Positions 1 through 12,767 are shown, counted from the stretch's first letter. The stretch: 64,000 nt of DNA from Octopus vulgaris (GCA_951406725.2 OX597831.1:49600001-49664000); one strand, 5' to 3'. Numbers and translations: made by a program. The notes: a model not told the origin generated them from the letters alone.

Positions 1-990
1 TGTATATCTTTGTGTGTATATCTTTGCGTGTATATCTTTGTGTGTATATCTTTGTGTGTATATATCTTTGTGTGTATATATTTGTGTGTGTATACCTTTG
101 TGTGTATATTGTTGTGTATATCTTTGTGTGTATATCTTTGTGTGTATATCTTTGTGTGTGTATATCTTTGTGTGTATATATTTGTGTATATCTTTGTGTA
201 TATATCTTTGTGTGTATATCTTTGTGTGTGTATATATTTGTGCGTATATCTTTGTGTGTGTATATCTTTGTGTGTATATCTTTGTGTATATCTTTGTGTT
301 CATATTTTTGTGTGTATATCTTTGTGTGTGTATATCTTTGTGTGTATATCTTTGTGTATATATCTTTGTGTGTATATCTTTGTGTGTATATCTTTGTGTG
401 TGTATATCTTTGTGTGTATATCTTTGTGTGTGTATATCTTTGTGTGTATATCTTTGTGTATATCTTTGTGTGTATATCTTTGTGTGTGTATATCTTTGTG
501 TGTATATCTTTGTGTGTATATATTTGTGTGTGCATATCTTTGTGTGTATATATTTGTGTGTATATCTTTATGTGTGTATATCTTTGTGTGTGTATATCTT
601 TGTGTGTGTATATCTTTGTGTGTATATCTTTGTGTATATCTTTGTGTGTATATCTTTGTGTGTATATATTTGTGTGTGTATATCTTTGTGTGTGTATATC
701 TTTGTGTGTATATCTTTGTGTGTGTATATCTTTGTGTGTGTATATCTTTGTGTGTATATATCTTTGTGTGTGTATATCTTTGTGTGTATATCTTTGTGTG
801 TGTATATCTTTGTGTGTGTATATCTTTGTGTGTGTATATCTTTGTGTATATCTTTGTGTGTATATCTTTGTGTGTATATATTTGTGTGTGTATATCTTTG
901 TGTGTGTATATGTTTGTGTGTATATCTTTGTGTGTGTATATGTTTGTGTGTATATCTTTGTGTGTGTATATGTTTGTGTGTATATCTTTG
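1..990. repeat. Minisatellite, unit (TG)2-5-TATATCTT, ~12-18 bp
   Basis: Uninterrupted tandem of TGTGTGTATATCTT variants from the window start; produces the three 350-aa low-complexity ORFs. Confidence 0.97.
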
Positions 991-1180
991 TCCCCACCAC
1001 TATTTCATCACCAGTGTTGGTTTCTTTACGTGCATGCAACTTACTTGTTGGGCGGAAGACAGAGATACAATAAATGCCAGAACTAGTAAATAAGTCCTAT
1101 GGTCGATTCGTTCGACAAAATCCTTCATAGAAGTGCTCCATTATGGCCGCGGTCCAATGAGTGAAAAGACATAAATAAAG
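991..1180 (+). mobile_element. Degenerate 3' half of SINE family A
   Basis: ttgtcccc...ataagtcctatggtcgattcgttcgac...gtgctccattatggccgcggtccaatgagtgaaa aligns with the 3' half of the intact copies at 2021 and 25501. Confidence 0.7.
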
Positions 1181-1504
1181 ACACTTTTTATAAATAAACA
1201 AAATAATTACCCCACAGAATTCAGATGTCAGTCAGAAATCCTACCCAAGATGTTTAAGTTGCTTTGACCAAATGAGCTACCAGAAACATTACATTAGCGC
1301 GTAAGTGGCAACGTATTCCATAAATGCGTGTAGTCTTCACGTAATCTTCGAGAAGAATCAGTGTGTTGCATTCTGCGCGCGCGCGTATGTGTGTGTGATA
1401 AAGTTGGATCTTTGAATTACACGCATAATCCATCCGGCAAGATTCCACATATTATCTTCGTCTACCCAGTTAAACGTAGTCATCTTCTTAGCTAGATGTA
1501 TGCA

Positions 1505-1648
1505 GTGCAGAGAGTGAGAGAGAGGGAGAAAGATGGAGAGAGGGAGGGAGAGAAAGAGAAGGAGAGAGAGAGGGAGAGATAGAGAGAAGGAGAGAGAGAA
1601 AGAGAGAGAGAGAAAAAGAGAGAGATTGAAAGAATGAGAGAGAGAAAA

Positions 1649-1679
<31 letters not shown>

Positions 1680-1765
1680 TAGAGAAGGGGAGAGAGCGAG
1701 AGAGAAGGAGAGAGACAGACAGATAGAGGGGGAGAAAAAGAAAAAGTTTTAGAAAGAGGAGAGTG
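1505..1765. repeat. (GA)n polypurine tract
   Basis: Imperfect AG repeat. Confidence 0.9.
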
Positions 1766-2020
1766 ATTTTTGTAATGGGCTGCTACATTATTTATCGGAC
1801 CCCAAAAAAAGAAAGATCGGGGAAATCAAAGTTGATCTTGGATCTATTTGAACCCTGAACAGAAAGTGGAAGAAGTGGGTATGCATTTCATTTGCTTATA
1901 TCCGATACTTTAGCAATTCTGCAGAGTCACATTATATTTCTAGCACACATGTAATTCTTGTGGTTGATTGGTTCGATTATCCGCTGTCCATTCACTGAAA
2001 GAAGTAAAAGAATATAAGAA

Positions 2021-2419
2021 GGAGTGGTTGTGTGGTAAGTAGCTTGCTTACGAACCACATGGTTCCGGGTTCAGTCCCACTGCGTGGCACCTTGGGCAAC
2101 TGTCTTCTACTATAGCCTCGGGCCGACCAAAGCCTTGTGAGTGAATTTGGTAGACGGAAACTGAAAGAAGACCGTGATATATATGTATATATATATATAT
2201 ATATGTGTGTGCGTATGTGTTTGTGTGTCTATGTTTGTCCCCCCAACATCGCTTGACAACCGATGTTGGTGTGTTTACGTCCCCGTAACTTAACGGTTCG
2301 GCTAAATAGACCGATAGAATAAGTACTAGGCTTACAAAGAATAAGTCCGGGGGGCGATTTACTCGACTAAAAGCGGTGCTCCAGCATGGCCGCAGTGAAA
2401 TGACTGAAACAAGTAAAAT
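2021..2419 (+). mobile_element. tRNA-derived SINE family A, full length, with internal (TA)n(TG)n
   Basis: Head GGAGTGGTTGTGTGGTAAG (A-box-like), GGTTCAGTCCC (B-box-like), CCTTGGGCAA core, tail GACTGAAACAAGTAAAA; at least 8 homologous copies in the window. Confidence 0.9.
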
Positions 2420-2704
2420 AGCAAATACTCACACACACACGCACATAAGTACACACACATACAAAAATACACACTTATATACTTATACATATATGCATAT
2501 ATATGCATGTATATATATATTTATTGTATATATACATATATGTATATACATACATGCATATATGTATATGTATGTATACATATTGTATATTGTTTATGTA
2601 TATATCTTTATTTTCATATAGTCAAGTAGAATACTCGTGGCTATGGCGCATATAACAGAAAATAACAGAAGTAGCCATTGGCTTTGCGTTCGCTATTGTA
2701 CTTG

Positions 2705-2742
<38 letters not shown>

Positions 2743-3728
2743 GTTAGCACGCCGAGCGAAATGCTTAGCGTTATTTTGTCTGCCGTTACGTGAAGGAAAT
2801 GGAAGATAGACTTGGCAGTAGTTTTTTTTTTTTTCACTACGGCGATCGTTTCGACCCATCCCGCAACTGTCCGCTATGGGTAAGATTTCGTGCTTCTAAT
2901 AGTGTTGCATCTATCTGTGCAGTTTGTGTGACGCCAGGTACATGCATAAAGAAGCGGCTGCCCTGCTAGCTATACTGAGATGTCCTTGGCCTTTTGATCA
3001 TATCCACTGTACTTTGATTATGACTTGTTACAGTTGTCCGTGGGTATATAACATAAAAATTAATATTATACAACCATATAGAGGGCAAGCTGGCAGAAAC
3101 GTTAGGATCAATAAATTAAGTACCAGTTGAGTACTGGGGCGATCTAATCGATTGGCCTCCTCCCCAAAATGTTCAGGCCTTGTGCCTAGAGTAGAAAAGA
3201 ATAGAAAAGAACCTATCAAAGAAAGATTGCAGTTAAGTTAACGGGGTGGGGTGTGCACTCCCGGTCATGAACACCCTCACACAGGCGTACAGACAGACAG
3301 ACAGACAGACACACACACACACACACACACACGCGCACATGCACATAAGTACCCAAGCACGTGCGACGTAAATTAAAGGCGCAGAATCATAGAAGAAAGA
3401 GAGTAAATCTTCTCTCCTACAGCTGGGAATATTGAAAGTAAACATGAAGAAATTAAACAGAAGTACAATGCGTATACAAACACGTAATGACCTCCTACAA
3501 ACAACACGTAATATTGTTTTCTTTTCACATGTATTTAATACACTTCGTCATCTTGACATGTACGAACAACAGAGGCGGGAGGGTAAGAAATCAAGCCGTC
3601 AATATATACAGATGCCACACACGCTCACCAACAGAAACAAACATTGCATCACATACACGACTAAAGAGACAGAGTTGCAGACACATGCACACTCGTACAT
3701 GCATACAACCCTCCCTCCACACATATAT

Positions 3729-3980
3729 GTGGAGGCGCCGTGGCTTAGTGGTTAGGGTGTCAGCATCATGATCGTAAGATTGTGGTTTCGATTCCTGGAC
3801 CGGGCGACGCGTTGTGTCCTTGAGCAAAACACTTCATTTCACGTTGCTCCATTCCACTCAGTTCTCAAAAATAAGTAACGCTGCGATAGACTGGCGTCCC
3901 ATCCAGCTGGGGAGAACACATACGCCACTGAAACCGGGAAAATGGGCCCATGAGCCTGGCAAGCTTTAAAAAGGGCGCAT
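3729..3980 (+). mobile_element. tRNA-derived SINE family B
   Basis: TGGAGGCGCCGTGGCTTAGTGGTTAG...GGTTTCGATTCC head, GTGTCCTTGAGCAAAACACTT core; near-identical copy at 47357. Confidence 0.85.
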
Positions 3981-3992
3981 TTAATTATTTTC

Positions 3993-4059
<67 letters not shown>

Positions 4060-4275
4060 TCTTGACTCTCTTTTACACTTTTACTTGTTTCAGTCATTTG
4101 ACTGCGGCCATGCTGGAGCACCGCCTTTAGTCGAGCAAATCGACCCCAGGGCTTATTCTTTGTAAGCCTAGTAGTTATTCTATCGGTCTTTTGCCGAACC
4201 GCTAAGTTACGGGGGACGTAAACACACAATCATCGGTTGTGCAGCGATGTTGGGGGGACAAACACAGACACAAAA

Positions 4276-4368
<93 letters not shown>

Positions 4369-4373
<5 letters not shown>

Positions 4374-5245
4374 AAGCAAATAAAAAGGGCTAGCAGCAGG
4401 CTGCTTCGCCTCATACCGAAGGAATTAGAAATGGCAGTTAAAGACTGTTTTTCCCATTTTCTGTAAGTGGAGATTCCAAAAACGAAGGACCGTGCGGCTC
4501 ACATACACAAAATCGGAGTAGCAAATAGACGCAAACAATCACTTACCGTTAATAGCGAACATGTTTCTGGATCACAAACTCAGAAAATAGTTTGATTTCC
4601 TTCATCGGCGCTATATTTGATAGATTTACCAAATGCCACAGGCCCTCACTTCTGACCTAGCGACATCAGCTAGTGGGGGGAAGTGTGCAGATGTTAAAAC
4701 TAAGTAATGACTGGGAACGTAAATTTTCCCTCCAAAATTCTGCCATGCGCGCTTTCTGGGTAATCGTAATGGAATAAGGGATCCACATGGTAATGCAATA
4801 AAAATGGTAAATAATTTTTCTGTGGTTTTTCATGTAACCAACAATTATTTACCGGTAAATTTCGGTATGTAAATACGACAAATTCATCGTCAGGAACTTT
4901 GTAAGGTTCAGTATATAGTAAAGCAAATAAAAAGGGCTAGCAGCAGGCTGCTTCGCCTCATACCGAAGGAATTAGAAATGGCAGTTAAAATTATTTAATA
5001 TTTAATTCTTATGCTTTCCTAAAAACTTGATTTCGAAACGTACGTCCGTAGATAACTTAAAATTGTATGATAGATTGCCGTCAATTCATTCCCTCTTACC
5101 TGTTTGTGTCTGCCTTCCAATTGCTGTTTTTACTGAGATCTCCCTTTTTAGTAGAAGAAATAGCTATAACTCTTTGACTGCTATTTCTAAATTCGGTATG
5201 TGGTAAGGCAATTCGTTGCCAAACCCTTTATTGCTTAGTATTACT
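4369..5245. mobile_element. Penelope-like (PLE) non-coding remnant with direct and inverted terminal repeats
   Basis: ~74-bp direct repeat (4369-4443 and 4916-4990), diverged inverted copy at ~5170-5245, (TA)n on both sides, contains hammerhead motifs. Confidence 0.7.
4552..4614 (-). ncRNA. Type I minimal hammerhead ribozyme motif (core variant CCGATGA)
   Basis: Minus strand ATAGCG-CCGATGA-A-GGAAATCAAACT...AGTTTGTGATCC-A-GAAACATGTT-CGCTAT: 6-bp stem I, stem II, palindromic stem III AACATGTT; one core mismatch to CUGANGA. Confidence 0.6.
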
Positions 5246-5254
5246 TATATATAC

Positions 5255-5319
<65 letters not shown>

Positions 5320-6780
5320 GCATATATACGACGGGCTTCGTTCAGTTTTCGTCTACCAAATCCGCTCACAAGGCTTTGGTTGGTCCGAGGCTATAGTGGA
5401 AGACACTTGCCCAAGGTGGTTCGTAAGACACATACACACAAGCTCACACGCACAATTCTTGTGACTGAGACAAAGTAGCGAATAACGCGCAACTGCAATC
5501 ACACACGCATACGTATACACATTGGTACATGTATGCATGCAGATACACATAAGCTTTAACTGCATCACATGCGTACATAAGTTGTTAGTTGTCGGAGCAC
5601 TGCATCCTTCAAAACTTCCATGCTTCTTGAGATTCGCCAACACTACACTTGATTTTCTCCCCTCCATACACACACAAGCATGTATCTGACTCATACATTG
5701 TTCGCTTTCCAGACATTTCTACATTACTGCATGTACTTTATATGCACTTTCTGACAAGTTGTGGTGCACCTGAGCACTGTATACAATAATTTCATTATCA
5801 TTATTATTATTATTATATAGCGAATAACACGTTTGTTCTCACACACAACTATATTTGTGTGTGTACGAATGGATGGGTGTGCTGTACGTATGCGTCTCAC
5901 ATTAACACACACACACACACACACACGCAACACACACGTTCACCTAATTCTTCACTGAGAAAACGTAGACGAGAGCGCAACTGTTCTAAGCCGTACGTAC
6001 ATACATACATACATACATACATACATACATACATACATACATACATACATACATACAAGCATGCATGTAAGCACACATGCAAATGTACACTTGTAAAACA
6101 CACACAAACGTGTCTGTATGTGTATATACGAACGTTTGCGTATGTATGTATCGCTGTTCGTACGTCTGTTGTATGTTTCTGCAACGTGGTTGTAATGTTT
6201 GATATATTCTCGCCACACGCACAAGATTCCGAGTTCGTTTCCACTGTATGGCACTGTATGGGCCAATAGGCTTTTACAACAGACTCGCGTTGGCGCATAT
6301 CCTGCGAGTCAACTGGTAGGGAGAAACTGAGACTACCTACAGATGGAATGTACAGTAGTACCTCGATGTACGAATTAATTAGTTCTCGGAGACCGCTCGT
6401 AAAGCAGAGCAATATCTTTCCATAGTAGCAATGTGATAAATCGTGATTCGTTCCCAGAAAAAAATACTTTACTTACAAAATTCGTAACACTCGTAAATAA
6501 ATGGCAATTAAACAACAGCAGAATGTAAAGAATATTTTATGTAAAGTAAAAAGAATGTGAAGATCATTTATAATTAAAAAAAATATTATTATAATCGTTT
6601 TCTGAATCATTTGCACTCGCACTAGGCTCGCACACACCATCACTTGTAGAGGCAATCGCCGATTCACAAACACTCGTAGACGGACATGTAGATTTCTTTT
6701 TAAAAAAACAAGTCTAAAATTACATTATTTACGTTATTTACATTTTACGAATATTTGTCCTCATCTTGTTTGTTGTTATA

Positions 6781-6824
6781 AAACAACGTTTCGGCTGATA
6801 TACGCTCCAGCCTTCATCAGGTAT
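6781..6824 (-). ncRNA. Type I minimal hammerhead ribozyme (inverted copy)
   Basis: Minus strand ATAC-CTGATGA-A-GGCTG(gagcgtatat)CAGCC-GAAACGTT-GTT; stem I eroded. Confidence 0.65.
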
Positions 6825-6920
6825 CTTGGGGGAAATTTCGAACCTGGGTTCTCATACTTAAGGTATTTTTCGATGTTATTATTATTAGGAATGAGAACCC
6901 AGGTTCAAAATTTCTCCAAG

Positions 6921-6964
6921 ACATCTGAAGAAGGCTGGAGGGTATATCAGCCGAAACGTTGTGC
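6921..6964 (+). ncRNA. Type I minimal hammerhead ribozyme
   Basis: ACAT-CTGAAGA-A-GGCTG(gagggtatat)CAGCC-GAAACGTT-GTG: intact core, 5-bp stem II, palindromic AACGTT stem III, weak stem I. Confidence 0.75.
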
Positions 6965-7785
6965 TAACAACAAACAAGATGAAGACAAATATCCGTCAAA
7001 TGTAAATAATGTAAATAATGTACACAATTCTTCATCCCTTAAATATAGAACTATAAGTCAAGAATTGTTTGCTGAAAAGAAGCATTTTTTTTCGCTCTCT
7101 ATAAATTTCTTGGTAACACGCAGAAACATTTGTTATGGCAGTAGAAACTTTTGCACTTCATCAAAGTTTGGATCTTGTGCATGAAAAATAAAGTACGTAA
7201 GCCCGGGATCTCGTAAAGCGAGTCCTCGTACAGTGAGGTATTACTGTATTTTTCAGTACAAGGTTTGGCTGTGTCCTAAACTGTGTCACACTATTCCTGG
7301 TTGAGGAGTAAGTTAGGGGCTTCTGAGGAATGATCAGGTACTCATTTAGACACTAGTTGAAATGTATTGGTTATACTTCGAGGGCGATAAACTGGCAGGA
7401 TCGCTTATTGCGCAGTGTGAAAATAACGGCATTTTGTTTGTATTCACCATCAAATTTGCCTTTCGTCCTTTCGGAGTCGATAAAATGGGCACCAGTCGAG
7501 CACTGATGTAATGGACTTGCTCGCCCAGTCCCCACTGAAATTGCTGGCCTTGTGCCGAAATTTGAAACCAATTCATTGATTATACTTTTTTACACTACAC
7601 AAAATACTTAAATAATTTGTTTTTATAAAATTCCTAATCATATCTAATTATAAAAAATGTTTCTTTTTTAAGCGCCGAATGATTATAGGGGTCCAGTGGG
7701 GCAGAAAAGCAATCAAAAGGATTGCAGAAAATGGTTGAGAAACACTGCTATATGCCAATACTTGTCTACGAAGATTGTGGTAGAG

Positions 7786-7883
<98 letters not shown>

Positions 7884-9974
7884 CGAAGGTGCCATCACGG
7901 CGGCGGAAGTGCAGGACGCGATGGCAGAATGCACGAGGGACAAATCGCCGGGTTTGGATGGTCTACCCTACGAGCTTTACAGTTGTATGCCAGACTTGTT
8001 TGGAGACGTCTTGGCAGCGGTGTACTGCAACTGACAGCAAAACAGGAGCATTCCTGGTTTTGTGAGCCGAGGAGCCGTAACACTGCTGAAGAAAGATCTA
8101 AACAAGGGAAATGCAGACTTGAAAATTTTGGCCAAGGTGTTAGCCAAGAGGTTGGCGCTTGTCATCGAGAAACTGGTCGATAAGGCGCAAACGTACGCCG
8201 TGCCGGGTCGGACCATCCATGACAACCTCCACCTGATGCGCTACATCATAGACAGGGTAGTTAACGAACCTGGCATAGGTGGGGCGCTGATCTATTTGGA
8301 TCAATCGAAAGCTTTCGATAAGGTAGACCATCGATACTTGGGGGCTGTCCTCAGAGCGGCTGGCTTCGGTCCCGTCTTCCGCGGCTGGATAGCCTCTTTG
8401 TACAGAGGCATCCGTTCGGTAATTCGCGTAAATGGACATCCATCGAGACCTTTCGACATCGCACGTTCGGTCCGTCAGGGATTCCCCCTCTCGTCGCTTC
8501 TATACGTATTGACTCTCGAGACATTATTGCAGAAGATGGCAACTCTGAGGGGCATCCCGCGAGAACTGGGATGCGGGACGAGCGTGTCTGCTTTACTCGG
8601 ACGACGTCACTGTCATAGTGTCTATCCACCAGCACATCGAGCAGGTCGGCGAGACACTGAAAAACTACGATAGACTCAGCTGATAAACCGGGGCGAAAAT
8701 CAACCGGGAAAAGTCAGTGGGCTTGCGACTAGGCACCTGGAGAAGCAAGCCCATGCCGTCCACCAGCGCCTCCGTCGTGGGACGCTGGACCGACGGTCCG
8801 GTCGAGTTGCTCGGGTTCTGGTTCAGTCTGGACCTCCAAGTGGAGAAGAACTGGAACGAGATAACGAGTAGGGTGGTCACTCTCGCCCGGCAATGAGCCG
8901 AGAGGAAACTGTCCCTAAAAGGTCGGGCGGAGGTGGCTAACACGTATATCGCGTCCGTCTGACCGTCGTGCCTTGTCCCGACCCTACTATCACCAAACTA
9001 GAACGCATTCTCTTTCGCTTCTTGTGGAAAGGATGCGTCCCGATGGTCAGGCGATCCATTTGCTGTCAACACCCGTTAAAAGGAGGACTGAGCATGCCGT
9101 GGTTGATGATGCGCAGACACGCGCTGAGACTGCGACATCTCAGGCTCTTCGTAGACGACGGTGAACAGGTGTGGTCACCGTTTGTGGGACACGCTTTCCC
9201 GCAGCTCGTCTCCATGACCGAACTACAGTCGTGGATCAAAAAGAGGCCGAGGAAGGGCGAATGGCACCGCGAGTGTCGCGTTGCTCTCAAGTAACTCTGC
9301 TGTCTTGGATCGACCTTGAGTGACTCCATCACAGCCAAAGCATTCTATAGGGGATTAGTGGAGGGGAGGTACGACGACGAGCTCGAGGCGAACCTGGACG
9401 TCTACGAGGAATACCTGACCCGCTTGTTCGGGACGACTTTCGGGCCAGGGCCCATGGACAACTTCCAGAGATACCTGGCCTGGCAGTGCCACCGAGAAGT
9501 GCTACCCGTTCGGGATAAGCTCTACAGACACGGCTCGAGAAACATGGGGTCGACCTGCCCGAGATGCGGTCAGAGCGACGAAACCGTTCTGCACGCACTC
9601 GTGCAGTGTCCAACAATTTCCGACCTGTGGGCTTATGTCGAACAACTGCTGCCACGTGTGGGACGAGTCGGTTTATCAGCTGAGTCTATCGTCAATATTG
9701 TCACCCCTCCTTCCTTCAAACGGGAAGGAAGAGCTATTTTCATCATCCTTGTGGCTATGGCGAAAGAATGTATCTGGTGGACGCGTCTGAAAGGATTGGA
9801 GACAAACACTTTCCTCTCTGGTCAATTTCTCATCAATTCTTCAAGTATCACTTGAAAAGGAAAGTGAGAGTAGAGAGTCACGTTTTGTCCAGCGAATGTT
9901 TTAAAAAAAGATGGGTGAATCTAGCAAGGATGGCACATATGAATGACGAAACCACCTTGAGCATAATCCTATGA
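7884..9974 (+). pseudogene. Fragmented LINE ORF2 (reverse transcriptase plus zinc knuckle)
   Basis: ORF pieces 7696-8034, 8062-8673, 8968-9294, 9316-9855 and 9768-9974 join into one RT protein. Confidence 0.9.
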
Positions 9975-10311
9975 ACCCGGAAATTTAAAACAGGGTTACC
10001 TACTTGCAAACAAATGTGGTAACATGTAACAATATTGACCGAGGTTACCGTGGTCTTTTCCGTAGGCTTTTCTTCCTACGGATAAACCTTATCTGCTTCC
10101 CCCTTTACACTTTACATCATGACACTGTGATACACGATCCCTATTGATCGTTTTTTTCTTTTGTTTCTATTCCTTTTTTCTTTTTTTTTTCTTCTTTCCC
10201 TTTTACGATCCCTTTTGATCGACAACCTAACCCAGCTTTTTTTTTCCCTCAAAAAAGAAAACTTTGTAATTTGTCCCGTCTGTGTGCAGCCCTGTGTGGC
10301 TAATAAAGAAA
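7884..10311 (+). mobile_element. 5'-truncated Tx1/L1-clade non-LTR retrotransposon (dead ORF2 plus 3' UTR)
   Basis: RT motifs KSPGLDGLPYELY, DQSKAFDKV, VRQGFPLS, frameshifted Y(S)DD, C-terminal CCHC knuckle CPRCGQSDETVLHALVQC; stops and frameshifts; ends AATAAAGAAA; (CTAT)n on both sides. Confidence 0.93.
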
Positions 10312-10313
10312 CA

Positions 10314-10408
<95 letters not shown>

Positions 10409-10545
10409 TTCTGTTTCTCTCTCTCGCTATGTATTTATGCACGAACGTACGCATGTATGTATGTATGTATGTATGTATGTATGTATGTATGTATGTATGT
10501 ATGTATGCATGCATGCATGCATGTATGTATACCCATATATGCATG

Positions 10546-10599
<54 letters not shown>

Positions 10600-10872
10600 G
10601 GTATGTACATATATGTATGTATATATGCATATATTTATATATTATTTATATTACTATATGATCGAACGCCACGCATACTTTTCGAAGTAAGTTCTATCTT
10701 ATGTATGGTATGTATGTATGTATGTATGTATGTATGTATTTATGAATATATACATGTATTATGTACGCTCGCAAATATCTATGCATCTATGTATTTATCG
10801 ATGTGCGCATTTATTAATCTACCTAAATATCATTCTATCAATCAGGCAGTTTGTCTTTCTGTCTTCTCCCCC

Positions 10873-10966
<94 letters not shown>

Positions 10967-11275
10967 ATGTCTATCTGCCTATCTGCCTGTCTGTCTATCT
11001 ATCGAAATATCAGCACAAACGCGCGAACCCACAGACACACGCAAGGCGTATGAATAATTACTAATAGTTAGGAGACTGGATACTTTTAAAAACATGTGTG
11101 TTCATAGACTGAGAAACAATTTTTTTTATCATACTCTGAGAGGGAAAGTTCTGGTTACGAATGTATGTATGTATGTATAATGCGTGGCACATTGGCCAAA
11201 CATCTCCTATTACAGACGTGCTGACCAAAAGCCTTCTGAGTGGATTTGGTGGACGGAAACATGAAAAGCTCATCC

Positions 11276-11349
<74 letters not shown>

Positions 11350-11352
11350 CAT

Positions 11353-11417
<65 letters not shown>

Positions 11418-11434
11418 ACACACACACACACACA

Positions 11435-11512
<78 letters not shown>

Positions 11513-11572
11513 GGCTCGACATTCATTTCGATATATCCAGTTACTCTTTGGACAAACCGGTGTCCCGGCACA

Positions 11573-11644
<72 letters not shown>

Positions 11645-11720
11645 GTATATATATATATACATGTATGTATGTATGTGTGTGTGTACATACGCATACACAC
11701 ATATAATCTGCATATATGTA
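10312..11720. repeat. Compound microsatellite block (TATC, TATG, TA, TC) with a SINE A fragment at ~11170-11275
   Basis: Direct inspection. Confidence 0.9.
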
Positions 11721-11779
11721 TATATGTTATAGTAAATATATGACAATTATTGTTATCTGTAGCATTATCACTTGCAGTT

Positions 11780-11801
11780 GCAGCAGCAGCAGCAGCAGCA
11801 G

Positions 11802-11878
<77 letters not shown>

Positions 11879-11880
11879 CT
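11780..11880. repeat. (CAG)n-(CTA)n-(TAG)n trinucleotide array
   Basis: Direct inspection. Confidence 0.9.
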
Positions 11881-12260
11881 TGATACCTTATTCGAAGCAG
11901 TTGCGGTGAAAGCAATTCCATCCATACTTAACTCATAGCAGTTGTTGATGAGGGCTGCTGCTGATGTTGCTGCCGTGCCTGACCTGTAATGGATGCGATT
12001 AATCTACTCCCATATCTGTATTCGCATGTAGTTCCTACTATCGTTGTTGTTTTAACGCTGAAGTTGCTGCTCTCAGCACTCTTAACGATCAAATCTCAAG
12101 AGTGAATGACTTAGCTGTCGTTAACAGTTGTACGTACGACGACAAACCTTGAGGTTGTTGTAAATTCTGTTGCATCATATTCACGATCTTGCTATCAATG
12201 TTGTTGTTACGGTCATTATCAATGTTGTTGTTACGGTCATTATTGTTGGCGGGGGTGTTC

Positions 12261-12310
<50 letters not shown>

Positions 12311-12314
12311 CGAA

Positions 12315-12499
12315 GACGGAGAGCTGGCAGAATCGTTAGCACGCCCGGCAAAAATGCTTAGCAGCATTTCGTCCGTCGTAACGTTCTCAGTTCAAATTTC
12401 CGCCGCGGTCGACTTTGCCCTTATAGTTGTGTACCGGGTTCAATGTAATCGATTAGCTCCCTCCTGTAAAATTTCAGGCCTAATGTCTATTGTAGAAAA

Positions 12500-12536
<37 letters not shown>

Positions 12537-12767
12537 TATTTATTGCCCACAGGGGTCTAAACATAGAGGGAACAAACGAGGACAGACAAAGGGATTAAGT
12601 CGATTACATCGACCCCAGTTCATAATTGGTACTTATTTTATCGACCCCGAAAGGATGAAAGGCAAAGCCGACCTCGGCGGAATTTGAACTCAGAAGGTAA
12701 CAGCAAACGAAATACGGCTACGCATTTCGCCCGGCGTGCTAACATTTCTGCCAGCTCGCCGCCCTAA

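Larger units (their letters stand above)
4061..5428 (-). mobile_element. SINE family A split by an ~875-bp insert in its internal microsatellite
   Basis: 3' half at 4061-4330 and 5' half at ~5325-5428 are collinear with intact copies. Confidence 0.85.
6722..7051. mobile_element. PLE-like fold-back element with a hammerhead in each arm
   Basis: Imperfect inverted arms ~6722-6858 and ~6885-7021 plus a short unique tail. Confidence 0.75.
6353..7246. mobile_element. pogo/Tigger-like MITE hosting a nested fold-back insert
   Basis: TA|CAGTAGTACCTCGATGTACGA ... TCGTACAGTGAGGTATTACTG|TA: 18/21 TIR match and TA target duplication. Confidence 0.65.

Noticed and set aside
10-1093. Three 350-aa ORFs, and all [16 protein letters not shown]/poly-E/poly-R ORFs across the window
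   Set aside because: Translations of stop-free simple repeats with no domain content
2835-2885. Half hammerhead (stem plus GAAACGATCG on minus; similar GAAACATATGTC at ~47712)
   Set aside because: CUGANGA and stem I are missing; at most a truncated relic
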